From Leucoraja ocellata (taxonomy: Eukaryota): a stretch of DNA of 64,000 nucleotides. The stretch lies in assembly GCA_036785375.1 (NCBI GenBank), contig JAWMAR010002535.1:62001-126000 (forward strand), given 5' to 3'. The position numbers and the translations under genes are program-made. The notes below the pieces were generated by a model. That model saw only the letters and a program-made list of their open reading frames with translations, did not search any database and was not told where the DNA came from. Below are positions 23,601 to 35,897 of this stretch, one piece after another (within the stretch, counting starts at the first letter, position 1; every line of letters starts with the position of its first letter).

Positions 23601-26600
23601 GGTCTTGACCCGAAATATAATCTATACCATTTCTCCAGAACTGCAGCCTGACCTACTGAGTTACTCCAGCACTCTGTGACATGTCACCTATCCATGTTCT
23701 CCACAGATGCTGCCTGACTCGCTGAGTTACTCCAGCACTCTGAACCGTCGCCCATTCATATTCTCCGCAGATGCTTCCTGACCCACTGAGTTACTCCAGC
23801 ACTTTGTGACTATTTTCCCTTCACCCATCTGCCCAAACCCATTCTCCCCCCTCCTTTCCTATGTTCCTTTCCACCCATAAACCTCTCTCTGCCTTTACAT
23901 TTCACTCCTCTTTCAAATCTGCTCTACTTATCTACATGCATTTTTCTTCTTCACTTTTTAGTCATAGAATGATGCAGTGTGGAAACAGGCCCTTCAGCCC
24001 AACTTGCCCACACCGACCGACATGTCCCATTTAAACTAGTCCCACTCACACCCGTTTGGCCCATATCCATCTAAATCTGTCCTATCCATGTACGTATCCA
24101 AATGTCTCTTAAACATTAGGATAGTCCCAGTCATAACTATCTCCTCTGGCAACTCGTTACATACACCCAGCACCCTTTGTGTGAAAAAGCTACCTCTCAG
24201 GTTCCTGTTAATTTCTGAAATATTGGTCATAAATTTGGTGCAAAAATGTTCCAAAATAAGGATCAGAATACATCAGAGAGCATCTAAAACCCCTGAGCTT
24301 CCAGGGCCCGCTTGACCCTGGCATCGAGGGACTTCACGCTTTGCGCTCGTGATGTGCGCAGCGTGCACATTATTTCACATGGTACACACAAATGCTGGAG
24401 AAACTCAGCGGGTGCAGCAGCATCTATGGAGCGAAGGAAATAGGCAACGTTTCGGGCCGAAACCCTTCTTCAGACTGATCACATTACGTTTTTTTGTAAT
24501 CCTATCATGCATTTTGAAAAGCTTTGTATGGGCCTGAGTCAGAGTAAACATGTTTCAGCCAGGAAGCATGTAACTAGTGGAGTGTCTCAAGGATCAGTTA
24601 TCTGAATTATTTATGATTTATATAAACGATCTTGAGGAGGAGGCAGGATATAAAGCATCGAAGTTTGCAGAATGACTAACTAGATATTGTTTGGTGGAGT
24701 AAGTGGGCGATAATTTGGCAAATGTAGTTTGATGTTGGAAAATGAGACATCCTTTTGCGAGATGAATCTAAAGGCACATTGGTGTTTACATGGAGCTAGA
24801 TTGCAAAAGGGCAAAGTACTGAAGGATGAATCAACAAAAAAAATAGGCAGTTGCAGCAAGTGGTTAGAAAATTGTGGCATATTGGCATTTATTGCAAGGA
24901 GGTTGGAGTTTCGAATCAGAAAGTTGTATTACAAATACTGGTGAGGCTATATCTGAATACTGTTCAGTTTTGGTCCTTTATGTTAGAACTGGCATTGGAG
25001 ACATTTCAAAAGCGAATCACCACTAATTCCAAGTGCAAGATTTGTCCCATCATAAGGAGCTAAATAACTTTGATTGCTATCGTTTGGAATTGAGAAGAAG
25101 GCTGGGTGACCTTATTGAAACATGTCCTGAGGGGATATGACAGGGTAGACGTTGACATGTTTCTACTCGAGGGAGAAATTCGAAGAAGGGGACATGGTTC
25201 TAAGATGAGGGATGGCCATTTAAAACTAAAGTGTCCAGGAACTTCTCACCGAGGGTGGTTGATCTCTGGATTCCTCTACCACGTAGGGATGTAGAGGCTT
25301 GGTCATTGGTGGTATTTAATGGGGAAACACTTTTGAAAGATCAGGGTGTTTTGGCCAATTGAGAACTTGCACAGAAGTGATGCAGTGTATGGTGAATCAG
25401 CGAGGTCTGGTGTGGCAGGCTTGAGGGGCCTCAGTGGCCTCGCCGTTTCTATCTCATGTTCTTAGTCAACGTCCTGGGACTCTCTCCCCAGCTGCATTGT
25501 AAGAGCACCCTCACCAGAAGGACTGCAGTTATACAACGGGATGTCTGACCACCACCCATTTCTCAAAGACAATTGCGGATGGGCAGTACCCGCTGTTCTT
25601 GCCAGTGATGTCCAGATTGGTAACATTTTTTTAAATTGCTCATATAAACATTGGATCTTCCACCTGTTTTATACAGTATCAAATTGGTAATAAAGTCTTG
25701 CATCTCTTTTTTCCATGTTATTGCACAGATACATTCGCTCCCAGATACGTTTTAACCTGGTCAATACACAGTTCACAAGACATAGGATCAGAATTAGGCC
25801 ATTCACCCCCTCGAGTCTACTCCGTCATTCAATCATGGCTGTGCATCTTTCCTTCTCCTTTTAAAAGTATCCAAATTACTTGGCCTCCACAGCCATCTGT
25901 GGCAATGAATTCCACAGATTCACCACCCTTTTAAAGAAATTACATCTCATCTTCTTTCTAAAGGCATGTTCTCTTATCCTGAATCTGTGTCCTGTGGTCC
26001 TAGACTTGCAATCTTGGAGACATCCTATCCACATCCACTCTCTCTAGACCTTTCACTATTCGGTAGGTTTCAATGAGGAGCCCCCTCATCCTTCTAAACT
26101 CTAGAGAGTACAGGCCCAGTGCCGTCAAATGCTCATCATATGTTAATCCAATGATCCCTGGTCCCTCCTCTGCACCCTCTCCAACGCAGGCACATCTTTC
26201 CTCTGATATTGGGCCCAAAACTGCTCACAATACTCCACCTGCAGTCTGACCAAAGCCTTCTGAAGCCTCGGCATTACATCCTTGTTCTTGAACAGAGGGT
26301 GTTGAACTGAGTAGGGTGAAGTAAGGTTGGGTTTCAAGATATAGATTTGAAATTTCAAAGAGTGTTGTGTGATATGTCCGTGAAATGGTGGTATGCTTGC
26401 ACAGTTAATTTTATAGTTGTGACATATTGACCATTTGTCAGGGGGTAATGCCATTTATCAGAGCATAATTTGTATTAATCCTTGCAGATTACTTTTCACG
26501 GACAGGCTGGGAAAGTTATTGCAAGATGCAGTTATTGCAAGATGGAGAATCAGGGCAAAACAAATTATTTACTCATGTAGCTGACTACAATGTCATAAAT

Positions 26601-29600
26601 TAGTGCATGCTGTCTGACAGCGGATCAACACCGATTAAAGCAGCACATTCACAGTTGGATAAGGTCATTATAGCTGAGGCTACCTGAACAATGTCGGCAA
26701 ACGTTGAATAATTCCTAGCCTAAAAGGAGTATAAATTGGGGGGAAAGTAAATGAAATCTGAGGAGGGCCTTGAGGCAGTGCAGCGTAGGTTCACAAGATT
26801 GATCCCTGGGATGGTGGATTGTCATATGAGGAAAGATTGAAAAGACTAGGCTTGTTTTCACTGGAGTTTAGAAGGATGAGGGGGATCTTATAGAAACTTA
26901 TAAAATTATAAAAGGACTGGACAAGCTAGATGCAGGAAAAATATTCCCAATATTGGGCGAGTCCAGAACCAGAGGCCACAGTCTTAGAATAAAGGGGAGG
27001 CCATTTAAGACTGAGGTGAGAAGAAACTTTTTCACCCAGAGAGTTGTAAATTTCTGGAATTCCCTGCCACAGAGGGCAGTGGAGGCCAAATCACTGGATG
27101 GATTTAAGAGAGTTAGATAGAGCTCCATGGGCTAGTAGAATCATGGGATATGGGGAGAAGGCAGGCACGGGTTATTGATTGGGAACGATCAGCCATGTTC
27201 ACAATGAATGGCAGTGCTGGCTCAAAGGGCCGAATGGCCTCCTCCTGCACCTATTTTCTATGTTTCTATGACCTGTTGCATTTAGGCCGTCAGAGGCAGG
27301 GAATAGCAGAAGGTAATCAGTGAATGCTATAAATAATTAAAAAACTCCACATTAGGACCATCATCAGGTCAAAATTGCTTTGCTAACACATTCGCATTAA
27401 GTTGTACATTTGATTACTTTTACTTGTATAATTGCATAGCTTTCCTTTCAGATTTATTTTCTCTTTTCGTTCCATCACTACATTGAATAAATTAATCTCT
27501 TGTGAAGGATTGTGGTCATATAAATGGCACATGGTCTCCCCCCCCCCCCCCCCCCCCCACCTGAAAAAGCTACTTATTTACTTATTTTAACTACTAAACC
27601 AGGTTCGCTTCTTAATAAACAGACACCACACAAACTGTTTGGTAGACCAGTTCAAAACTTTACTTAACATCGGCCGATGGAAGGGAGGGAGAACTCCAGT
27701 CAAGTGACCAACACAGACACTTGACTGTACTCAGCCACCTTGCCTTAACAACAGAATTACATTGCCTTAAATAGGGTTTTTTTGTCCCCTTAGCACATTC
27801 CACAGACATTAGTCATGGTCAGAGGTACTGGAAAAGGTTTCCACAGAATGCATCACATCAAACCTTTTGTTTACATGGTACAAGATATACTAAAAACATT
27901 GGCCATTTGCTTTATCTCCAAATAGACCACCCTAGCTCTTTTCGCTGCTTCCTCTGTCATTTGGTCCCTCATAAACATAGGTCATTTGTTTACAAAGATG
28001 TGACTGGCTATTTCTCTCTTCCTTTATTGCCTCCTCCCCATAAACATTGGTAATTTGGTTTATGGCATCTTACTTCAAAGATATCTCTAGCTTCTCCAAT
28101 GTTATAGGATTTATTATCTCACACACCCACAACCTAAGGCAAGCCTAATTTGCGACTAAATATAAGCTGTAAGCTAGCCCAGAAGCCAATTTAATATCTT
28201 CTTATATTTTTAACTAAAATTCGACTTCATCACACCCCCCCCCCTCTGGAGATGAGAATTCACATTAATTTTAGACAACATTGAGATTATCCTCCCTGCT
28301 AGTCTTGGGGAGAGAGACATTTTTTTCCCCATTTGGAGTGGATATGGGCCTATTTCAACGAGCTGACTTAAATAAAGCATTAAATATTGATATCCAACCA
28401 ATGCTTCAAATTTGTTGGGAAACGGAGGGAAGGGTGGGACAAAGTGGGGAATAGAAAAGTCTGCTTGAAACTTCATATTGTACTGGAGTAGGTAGAAGAT
28501 CCATTCCTGATGCTGACATTGGACTCATTGGCCATCAGTCTGAAGAAGGGTCTCGACCTGAAACTTTACCCATTCTTACTCTCCAGAGGTGCTGCCTGTC
28601 CCACTGAGGTACTCCAGCATTTTGTATTTACCGCAGACATTGGATTCGCTGCCCTGTAATTACCTGGCTTATTCCCATTGCCCTTCAATAAAGGAACCAC
28701 ATTTGCTATCCTCTAGCCATCTGGCACTTTGCCTGTGGACAGAGAAGGTTTGACCATTTCTGTCAGAACCCCAGTAATTCCCTCCCTCGCCTTCCACCTT
28801 TTCTAGTGTAATCCACTTTTAAGGCCAGCAAGCCCCCCACCTTTTCTAGAATTCCACTGACCCTCCCCTGAATCCTCATCTACAACATCCTCCTTCATAA
28901 TGAACACATAAAGAGGAAATCTGTCAAGTATATTTTATTTCCCCTGTTTCAACTTGTTTTCAAAATTACATTTAAAAAAAAAAGTTTGTGGTGCTTAATA
29001 AAATAATTGCTGTGATAGTAAATACCATCAATTAGACACTCTGATGTCCTTTGACAGTCGAGTCTGATGTCAATTGTGCTCTGTTTGGTGTGTGATGTTA
29101 CGTCTTATAAAAACATAAGCTGCTGGGGAAACTCAGTGGGTCAGGCAGCACCCATGGAGGGAGTGGACAGGCGGCTTCTTCCGACGATGACCCCCAAATG
29201 TTGCCTGTCCGTTCCCTCCACAGGTGCAACCTGACCCACTGAGTTCCTCTAGCACTTTGTGTTTTGCCTCCTCACCGATATTTAAACTTGACTCCGCCAT
29301 TTTTTCTCAGCTGAAGAAACTGGGAGTGATGCCGCCTGAGCAGCCGCTGCCTCCAAAGTGCTATCGGATTTATCAGATCATGTGGGCTAACAATGGAGAT
29401 GTCATTAGCAGGCAGTACGCTGGGACAGCTGCTTTAAAGGTAACATTCAATCCATCCAAATGTTTGGTGGTGGTTTGCTCTCGACAGGCATCTAGTGCTC
29501 ACTTCTGTTTTTATTTAGTTTTATATTCCGAATTTGTGTGGAGAACTTGAGGGTTTGGCTAGATTGTGAATCCTTGTTAACAGTTTAACTGGCCAGTTCA

Positions 29601-32600
29601 GTTCTACAATATTACAATGCAGCTGTTGCCACACTCCTTCCAAACTGCAGGCTACATGTCACTGTGGCACAATTGAATTTACTGAACAGTACGACATTGT
29701 ACCCATTTGTTAAAGACCACAAGACAGGAGAAGAATTAGGCCAATTGGCTCATCAAGTCTGCTCCGTCATTCGATCACGGCTGATTTATTTTTCCTGCTC
29801 AATCCAATTCTCTTGCCATCTCCCCTGTAACCTTTGATGCCCTTACTAATCATGAACCCATCAGTTGGGGCAATTTCTAAGGCGAGAGGCATTCTGGGTA
29901 AGCATTGCCGGCTTGTTTCCAATATAAACTTGAAAGACAGTAGTGTTGTGGAAATTACAAACTGCCTTGATTGCTCGAGGTGCCGAGTACAGTATTGTTT
30001 ACGTAAGTGTGAGTTGTGTAAGTCGGGCGAGTGTCTGTAGTAGCTCAGCTAGACTTTGCTGACAGCAGGTCAGACACCAAGAAGAGCCAGAGCAATAGTT
30101 CAGTGTCCATCTCCCCTGACTGTCAGCCTTGAGAAGGGTCTCGACCGGAAACATCAGGCGTTCCTCTCCAGAGATGCTGCCTGTCCTGCTGAGTTACTCC
30201 AGCACTTTCAGACCATAAGGGATAGAGATAGATTTAGACCATTCAGCCCATCAAGTCTACTGCGCCATTCAGTCCTGACTGATCTATCTCTCCCTCCTAA
30301 CCCCATTCCCCTGCCTTCTCCCCATAACCTCTGACAACTGTACTAATCAAGAATCTATCTCTGCCTTAAATATATCCATTGACTTTGCCTCTACAGCCGT
30401 CTGTGGCAAAGAATTCCACAGATTCACCACCCTCTGACTAAAGAAATTCTTCCTCATCTCCTTCCTAAAAGAACTTTGTGTCTATCTTCATCATAAAGAT
30501 CATCATCGCCTGCAGGTATCTCCGGTCACGTTGCACAATATGTGTAGGGGTACGATCCTTCATCTTTGCTGCTCTAAGTCCAGAAACCTTTTACTCAACG
30601 TCATTGTGGGAGAACCTTCACTAGAAGGGCATTAGTGGTTAAAGGGTGACTTGGCACAACCTTCTCCCTGACATTTAGGGATGGTCAATAAATGTCGGCT
30701 GTTGCGGCAAGACCCACCTCCCAGCTGTGGTCTGGGAAAACACGGCAGTGTGACAGTGAGAACAAATGTTATGGAGGAGATGAGAGTGGAGCAGTGGAGG
30801 GAACAAAGAGGGGATGACTGGCAGACAGATGACCAAGGTGGATCAAGTGACTTTGCTTTTGTTGCTATCTAAAAATGAACCACTTGAGTCTTCACTTCTA
30901 ACTTCCTGGGCAGCTTGGTACGAGATGAGTTTTGGGCAACTAGTGATCAGTATATGTCAGATCTAATGATTTCCATTAGGGTTGACATGTAGGTTGGGGA
31001 CTCATCACGGGCCCCGTCCAAGAGCGGGAGACTTTGTTTCTGCTGAGGTAGAAACACCAGGTTGACAGCTGTAAACTCAATGAAACTGTACCTAGTGTTT
31101 CCTCAATGTCTCCAAAGAAGGAGATCGGCAGAGGTGGGAACGAGTGGATAGACACAATTCTGGAGTACTCAGTGGGTTGGGCAGCATCTCTGGAGAAAAT
31201 GGATAGGTGACGATTTTGATTGGGACCCTTCTTCAGACTGATTGTAGTGAGGGGCGGGGACTGGAAGCAAGAAAAGTCCAAGACAGATCAGAGCCGGCAA
31301 CAGATGACCTCGGGCAGAGGTGTGCGCTGAGAGGCTGATTGTTGGCAAGTGATGGCGTGATCTATTTGATGTATATGATGGTGGAACTGGTCCCTGAGAT
31401 AAGCTGCTTTCGGTCACTGTCACTCATTCTAATTGCCCTTTAATTTTCCTTGCAAAGAGGAGGAATTTAACACGAATCAAGAACAAATCTTGGTTGTCAT
31501 TCATAGACCAATTCCGAACAGATTATACTAAGTTGTGAACATGAACCAAGTGCTGTGTGTATTGGTCTTGAAGTTTTAAACTCCAAACTTAAGCAAAGAT
31601 TTGAGTTTAAAACTTCAAGACCAATACACACATGTCTGAAGTTAGCAAATCTGGTTTTGTTAATTTTGGAACTGACCCAACCAACAGAGTGAGTGTTATG
31701 TTCTTCCTGCCCTCTTTAATGGTAGGGTGACTTCACAAGAACTGGAGAACGAAAGTTTGCAGGAATGATGAAAGATGGTTATAATTCTGCCAATCGCTAT
31801 TACCTCAATCGGTTCCGTGATGCATACAGACAGGCGGTCATAGGTAAGAGACAACGCTGTCATATAAAGGCATCAATCCTGATGTGTAATGAAAAATGTA
31901 AAGGTAATTCTGTTTGTATGTATTTCCTCTGGGTCTCTTAATCTTCTTCAGCAAAGAAGTCTGATTCTGGAGCAGGTGGCAATTTAAAAGTCCTCGTTCA
32001 GATTATCAGTAGTAAAATACATTTCTATTTTGCACACACAATTAACCATAGGCATAATTCTTAACACTATATAATGTCCATGGAAGATATTTACAATGCA
32101 TTATCACAGTTATATAGTGTGGAAACAGGCCCTTCAGCCCAACTTGCCCACACCGGCCACCATGTCTCAGCTACACCAGTCCCACTTGCCAGCATTTGGT
32201 CCATATCACTCCACTCCCTGCACATCCATCTGCGTATATAAAAGCCTCTTAAATGCTGCTATCGCTCTCAGCCATCCACCACCACCCTTGGCAGTTTCTT
32301 CTGAGCACCCACCACTGTCGATATTAAAAATAAATATGGCGTGCACATCTCCTATGAACTTTACCCCTCCCATTGTAAAGCTATACCCTCATGTCTTTGA
32401 CATTTTCCCCTGGGGAAAAGGGCTCTGACTGTCTACCCTATTTATGTTTCTCATTTTATATACTTGTATCGGGTCTCATCTTAACCTCGAACATTCGAGT
32501 GAAAACAATCCAAACTTGTTCAATCTCTCCTTGTAGGTAATACTCCCTAATCTAGGCAGCATTGAGGCAGCATAATGGTAGAGTTGCTGCCTTACAGTGC

Positions 32601-35600
32601 CAGTGACCTGGGTTTGATCCTGACTATGGGTACTGTTTCTCGGATAGCATGGTCGGATGTAAAACTGCCCAAACCCCTCTGATTCCAATATATTGATTTA
32701 CTAGTTTGGACACAAGTAGAAATTGAGAATCAAAATAAAAATAGAATATGCCTAGCAGGTAAGAAAACATTTAATAGAACAGAACTGCGAGGTCTTCGAG
32801 CTGAAACAGAAACCACCCCTATCCACAGATGCTGCATGACTTGCTGAATGTTTCTAGTACTTTGTTTTCATGTCTCCCCAAAGCCTATACGATCATGGCT
32901 GATCCTCTACCTTAAGACCACTTTTCTGCACATTCCTTTACCGTGATTTCTCTTAAAGGCAAACAAAATATCAGTTTGGGTCTTGAAGCGATTGGGCAAC
33001 TAAGCACCCATGCCCCCTTGAAATGGAGAGATTCAATGATGTGCAATTGTAAATGAAGGAATTTTCCACCTCACCTCATAGTGAATAACCACTCAACCTG
33101 GGACTATTTCTTAAATTCTAGATTGATATTTGGGAAATAGCCTGCTGGCTCATCCATATAAATTTTGGAAATCCTTTTCTTTACCCTCTGCATATGAGAC
33201 TGCATTTGTCACTTTTTCCCCCATTATTCAATATCCAACTATTTTTTATTTAAGTAATTGTTACCTTAACTACTCAGGAATCTACTCAGGAATTCCCTCT
33301 GCCCTCTCCACACCTTCCCTTCGGCGGCCTAGAAAATATTTTCCTCTCACTTTTATATTTCAGGTAAAGGGTTATCGACCTATCCCCACTGCTGCTGCCT
33401 GGCTGTATGCATGCATAATTTTCTGTTATTATTCCAAATTTCCAGCATCTGCAGATTTTGGCTTCAATTCCTTTGCGTTTTTCTATTCTTAAGCATTTTG
33501 TTATTGTGCATCAAGTGCCTACAGCAGCGGATAGAGATATAGATGAAACATCTAGTGCTAAATTATTTATAAGATGTAATAATATTTAATCTGCTGTGGC
33601 TCGATGCACTGGGGAGAATAGATAGTGTGGATGCATCAGCCAGAGTTAAGTTGGAGGACAGTGTGAGTGGGGCTAGCACAATCCCAGCTTCTGCATCAAT
33701 ACATGTCAAATATTTCATTTCTACTACAGGGATTCACATATTCTCATTGTTGGATCGATCTTGTATTTAATTTTTTATTGAAAGCCTGGTGCACAATAAT
33801 GACAATCTTCAAAGCAGTAGTGGTGCTGTAACATTGCTGATGAACATCATTGAGGCATAACGTTCCTCAAACTGGAGCAATGTATTAAAAAATTACTCTT
33901 ACTCTTTCCAAATTTCACAGGCAAAATTGGTAGGAACATGTCTAGATTAGATAATATGTAAGACATTTTATAAGAGTTTCCTGTTTAAACTCTCAACCTC
34001 CTTGAAGCATCATTTTGTAGTGTTCTTGTTATTTACCCCAGGGACGATTTGATTTAGTTGAGTTTAGAGATACAGTATCTTTCGGTTCACCGAGTCCGCG
34101 CTGACCAACGATCACCTGTACACTAGTTCTATCCTACACATTTGGGGCCATTTACAGAAGCCAAATTGACCTACAAACCTGCATGTTCTTGGAATGTGGG
34201 AAGAAATCGGAGCACCCAGAGAAAACCTACTCAGTTACAGGGAGAACATGCGAACTCTGTATCGACAGCTCCCCTAGTCAGAATCGAACCCGGGGCCGCT
34301 GGTGCTGTCAGGCAGCAATTCTACTGCAGTGTCACTGTGCCGCAAGGCACGAAGCCTTGCACGAACAGACTCAGAGGAGCCACCAGGAACAGTTCCGCTT
34401 CCTCTTTAATATATTTGACAATAGAATCAAGAATTCAAGATCTGTCTTGATCGTTGTTATTAGCTTTGTTAATGAATATTGATTTGTCTGCCCTGATGAT
34501 CCTTATGCGTGACTTCTAATATATATTCCTTGCTGGGTCTGTACTTTGTTAAATTGTATTTGTGGCTGCGCATAATGTTGCTGTTTAATTAGATCCAATG
34601 CAGGGCATCCCAGTGACTGAAGATCTCTACTCCATCTTCAGCAAGGAGAAAGAGCATGAAGCCTTGCACAAACGGAATCGGAGGAGCCACCAAGAGCAGA
34701 TCAGCTTCCTCTTGCAAAATTACATGAAACTATTGTTACCAGACGATGAGAAATTCCACGGGGGCTGGTCTCTGATAGATTGCGATCCAAGGTGTGTAAT
34801 CACAAAATACATCCATCGGCATCATTCCAGGGAATTAAATATTGATGAATTGCAAACTGCATTTCTTGATTGGATGCGGAAAGTAGCAGCAGAGCAATCT
34901 AAAATGGTTTAATCTACACGGCAAAGCAAAATTGATGGCTGAGTTAGTTACTCGAAGGCTGAATTTTTAATGAAAGTTAAAAATGGCCTTTAGCCCTGTG
35001 GTGATGTGCTTGGAATAATATTGAGGCTGAGTTATGTCCTGAAAGAGTGTGTTGTTAAAGAAAATTGAGAATGAAATTCATCATAAATTTGTTGAAATGA
35101 AAAGCCGAATTTTCGATTGAGGAAAAAAATAGGTGATTAAAAACAATAGTTTGATTGGAATATCAGAAGAAAACACATTTTGACTGATAGGTGTGCTTTT
35201 GTTTTACTACCGCAACTTTGTTTTCTTATCCGTGGAATTGAAGATGCAGTTTTCTAGTCTTTTTATGGCGATGTTGCACATCAAATGTATCAGAATGGAT
35301 TTTTAGCTATTTGAGAATGAACGTTGCAACAAGATTTTTACCATTAGCAGCTAAATCTATCTTTTTCTTTCACCTGTAGTTGTGCATTGAGACATTACAT
35401 CCATAGGGGCATAGTTAATCGTACAGCATGGAAACTGGCCTGGCCCACCACACCCATGCCAATATGTTTGCTCACATACACTAATCCCTTTTTCCTACGT
35501 TACTTTCATATTCTTCTCTGCCTTGCCTATACAAGTGACTGTCTAAATGCCTGAATATAATAATTGTATCTGGTTCCACTAGCTCCTCAGGCATATTCCC

Positions 35601-35863
35601 TATACAACAATAAATATTAATTTATCCTCACTAAAAACCAATGCCCTTTTATTATTTATTCCCTCAAGATTCTGATCATCTCCCCAATCTAAGCCCCTCA
35701 TAATTTTCTATACTTCTATTAGATCATCCCTCTGCCTCCTTCATTTCAGGGAAAATAAATCCAGTCTATCCAATCTCTTCCCATCACAAAAGTCATGCAA
35801 TCCAGGCAGCATGCTGCCTTCCCATCAGTGCAGTCATGTCCTTCCTGCAGGTGGTGATCGGAG

Positions 35864-35897
<34 letters not shown>

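Noticed and set aside
23590-23810. Regularly spaced repeats resembling a CRISPR array
   Set aside because: Vertebrate DNA; the intervening segments are homologous to one another and belong to the Penelope terminal repeat
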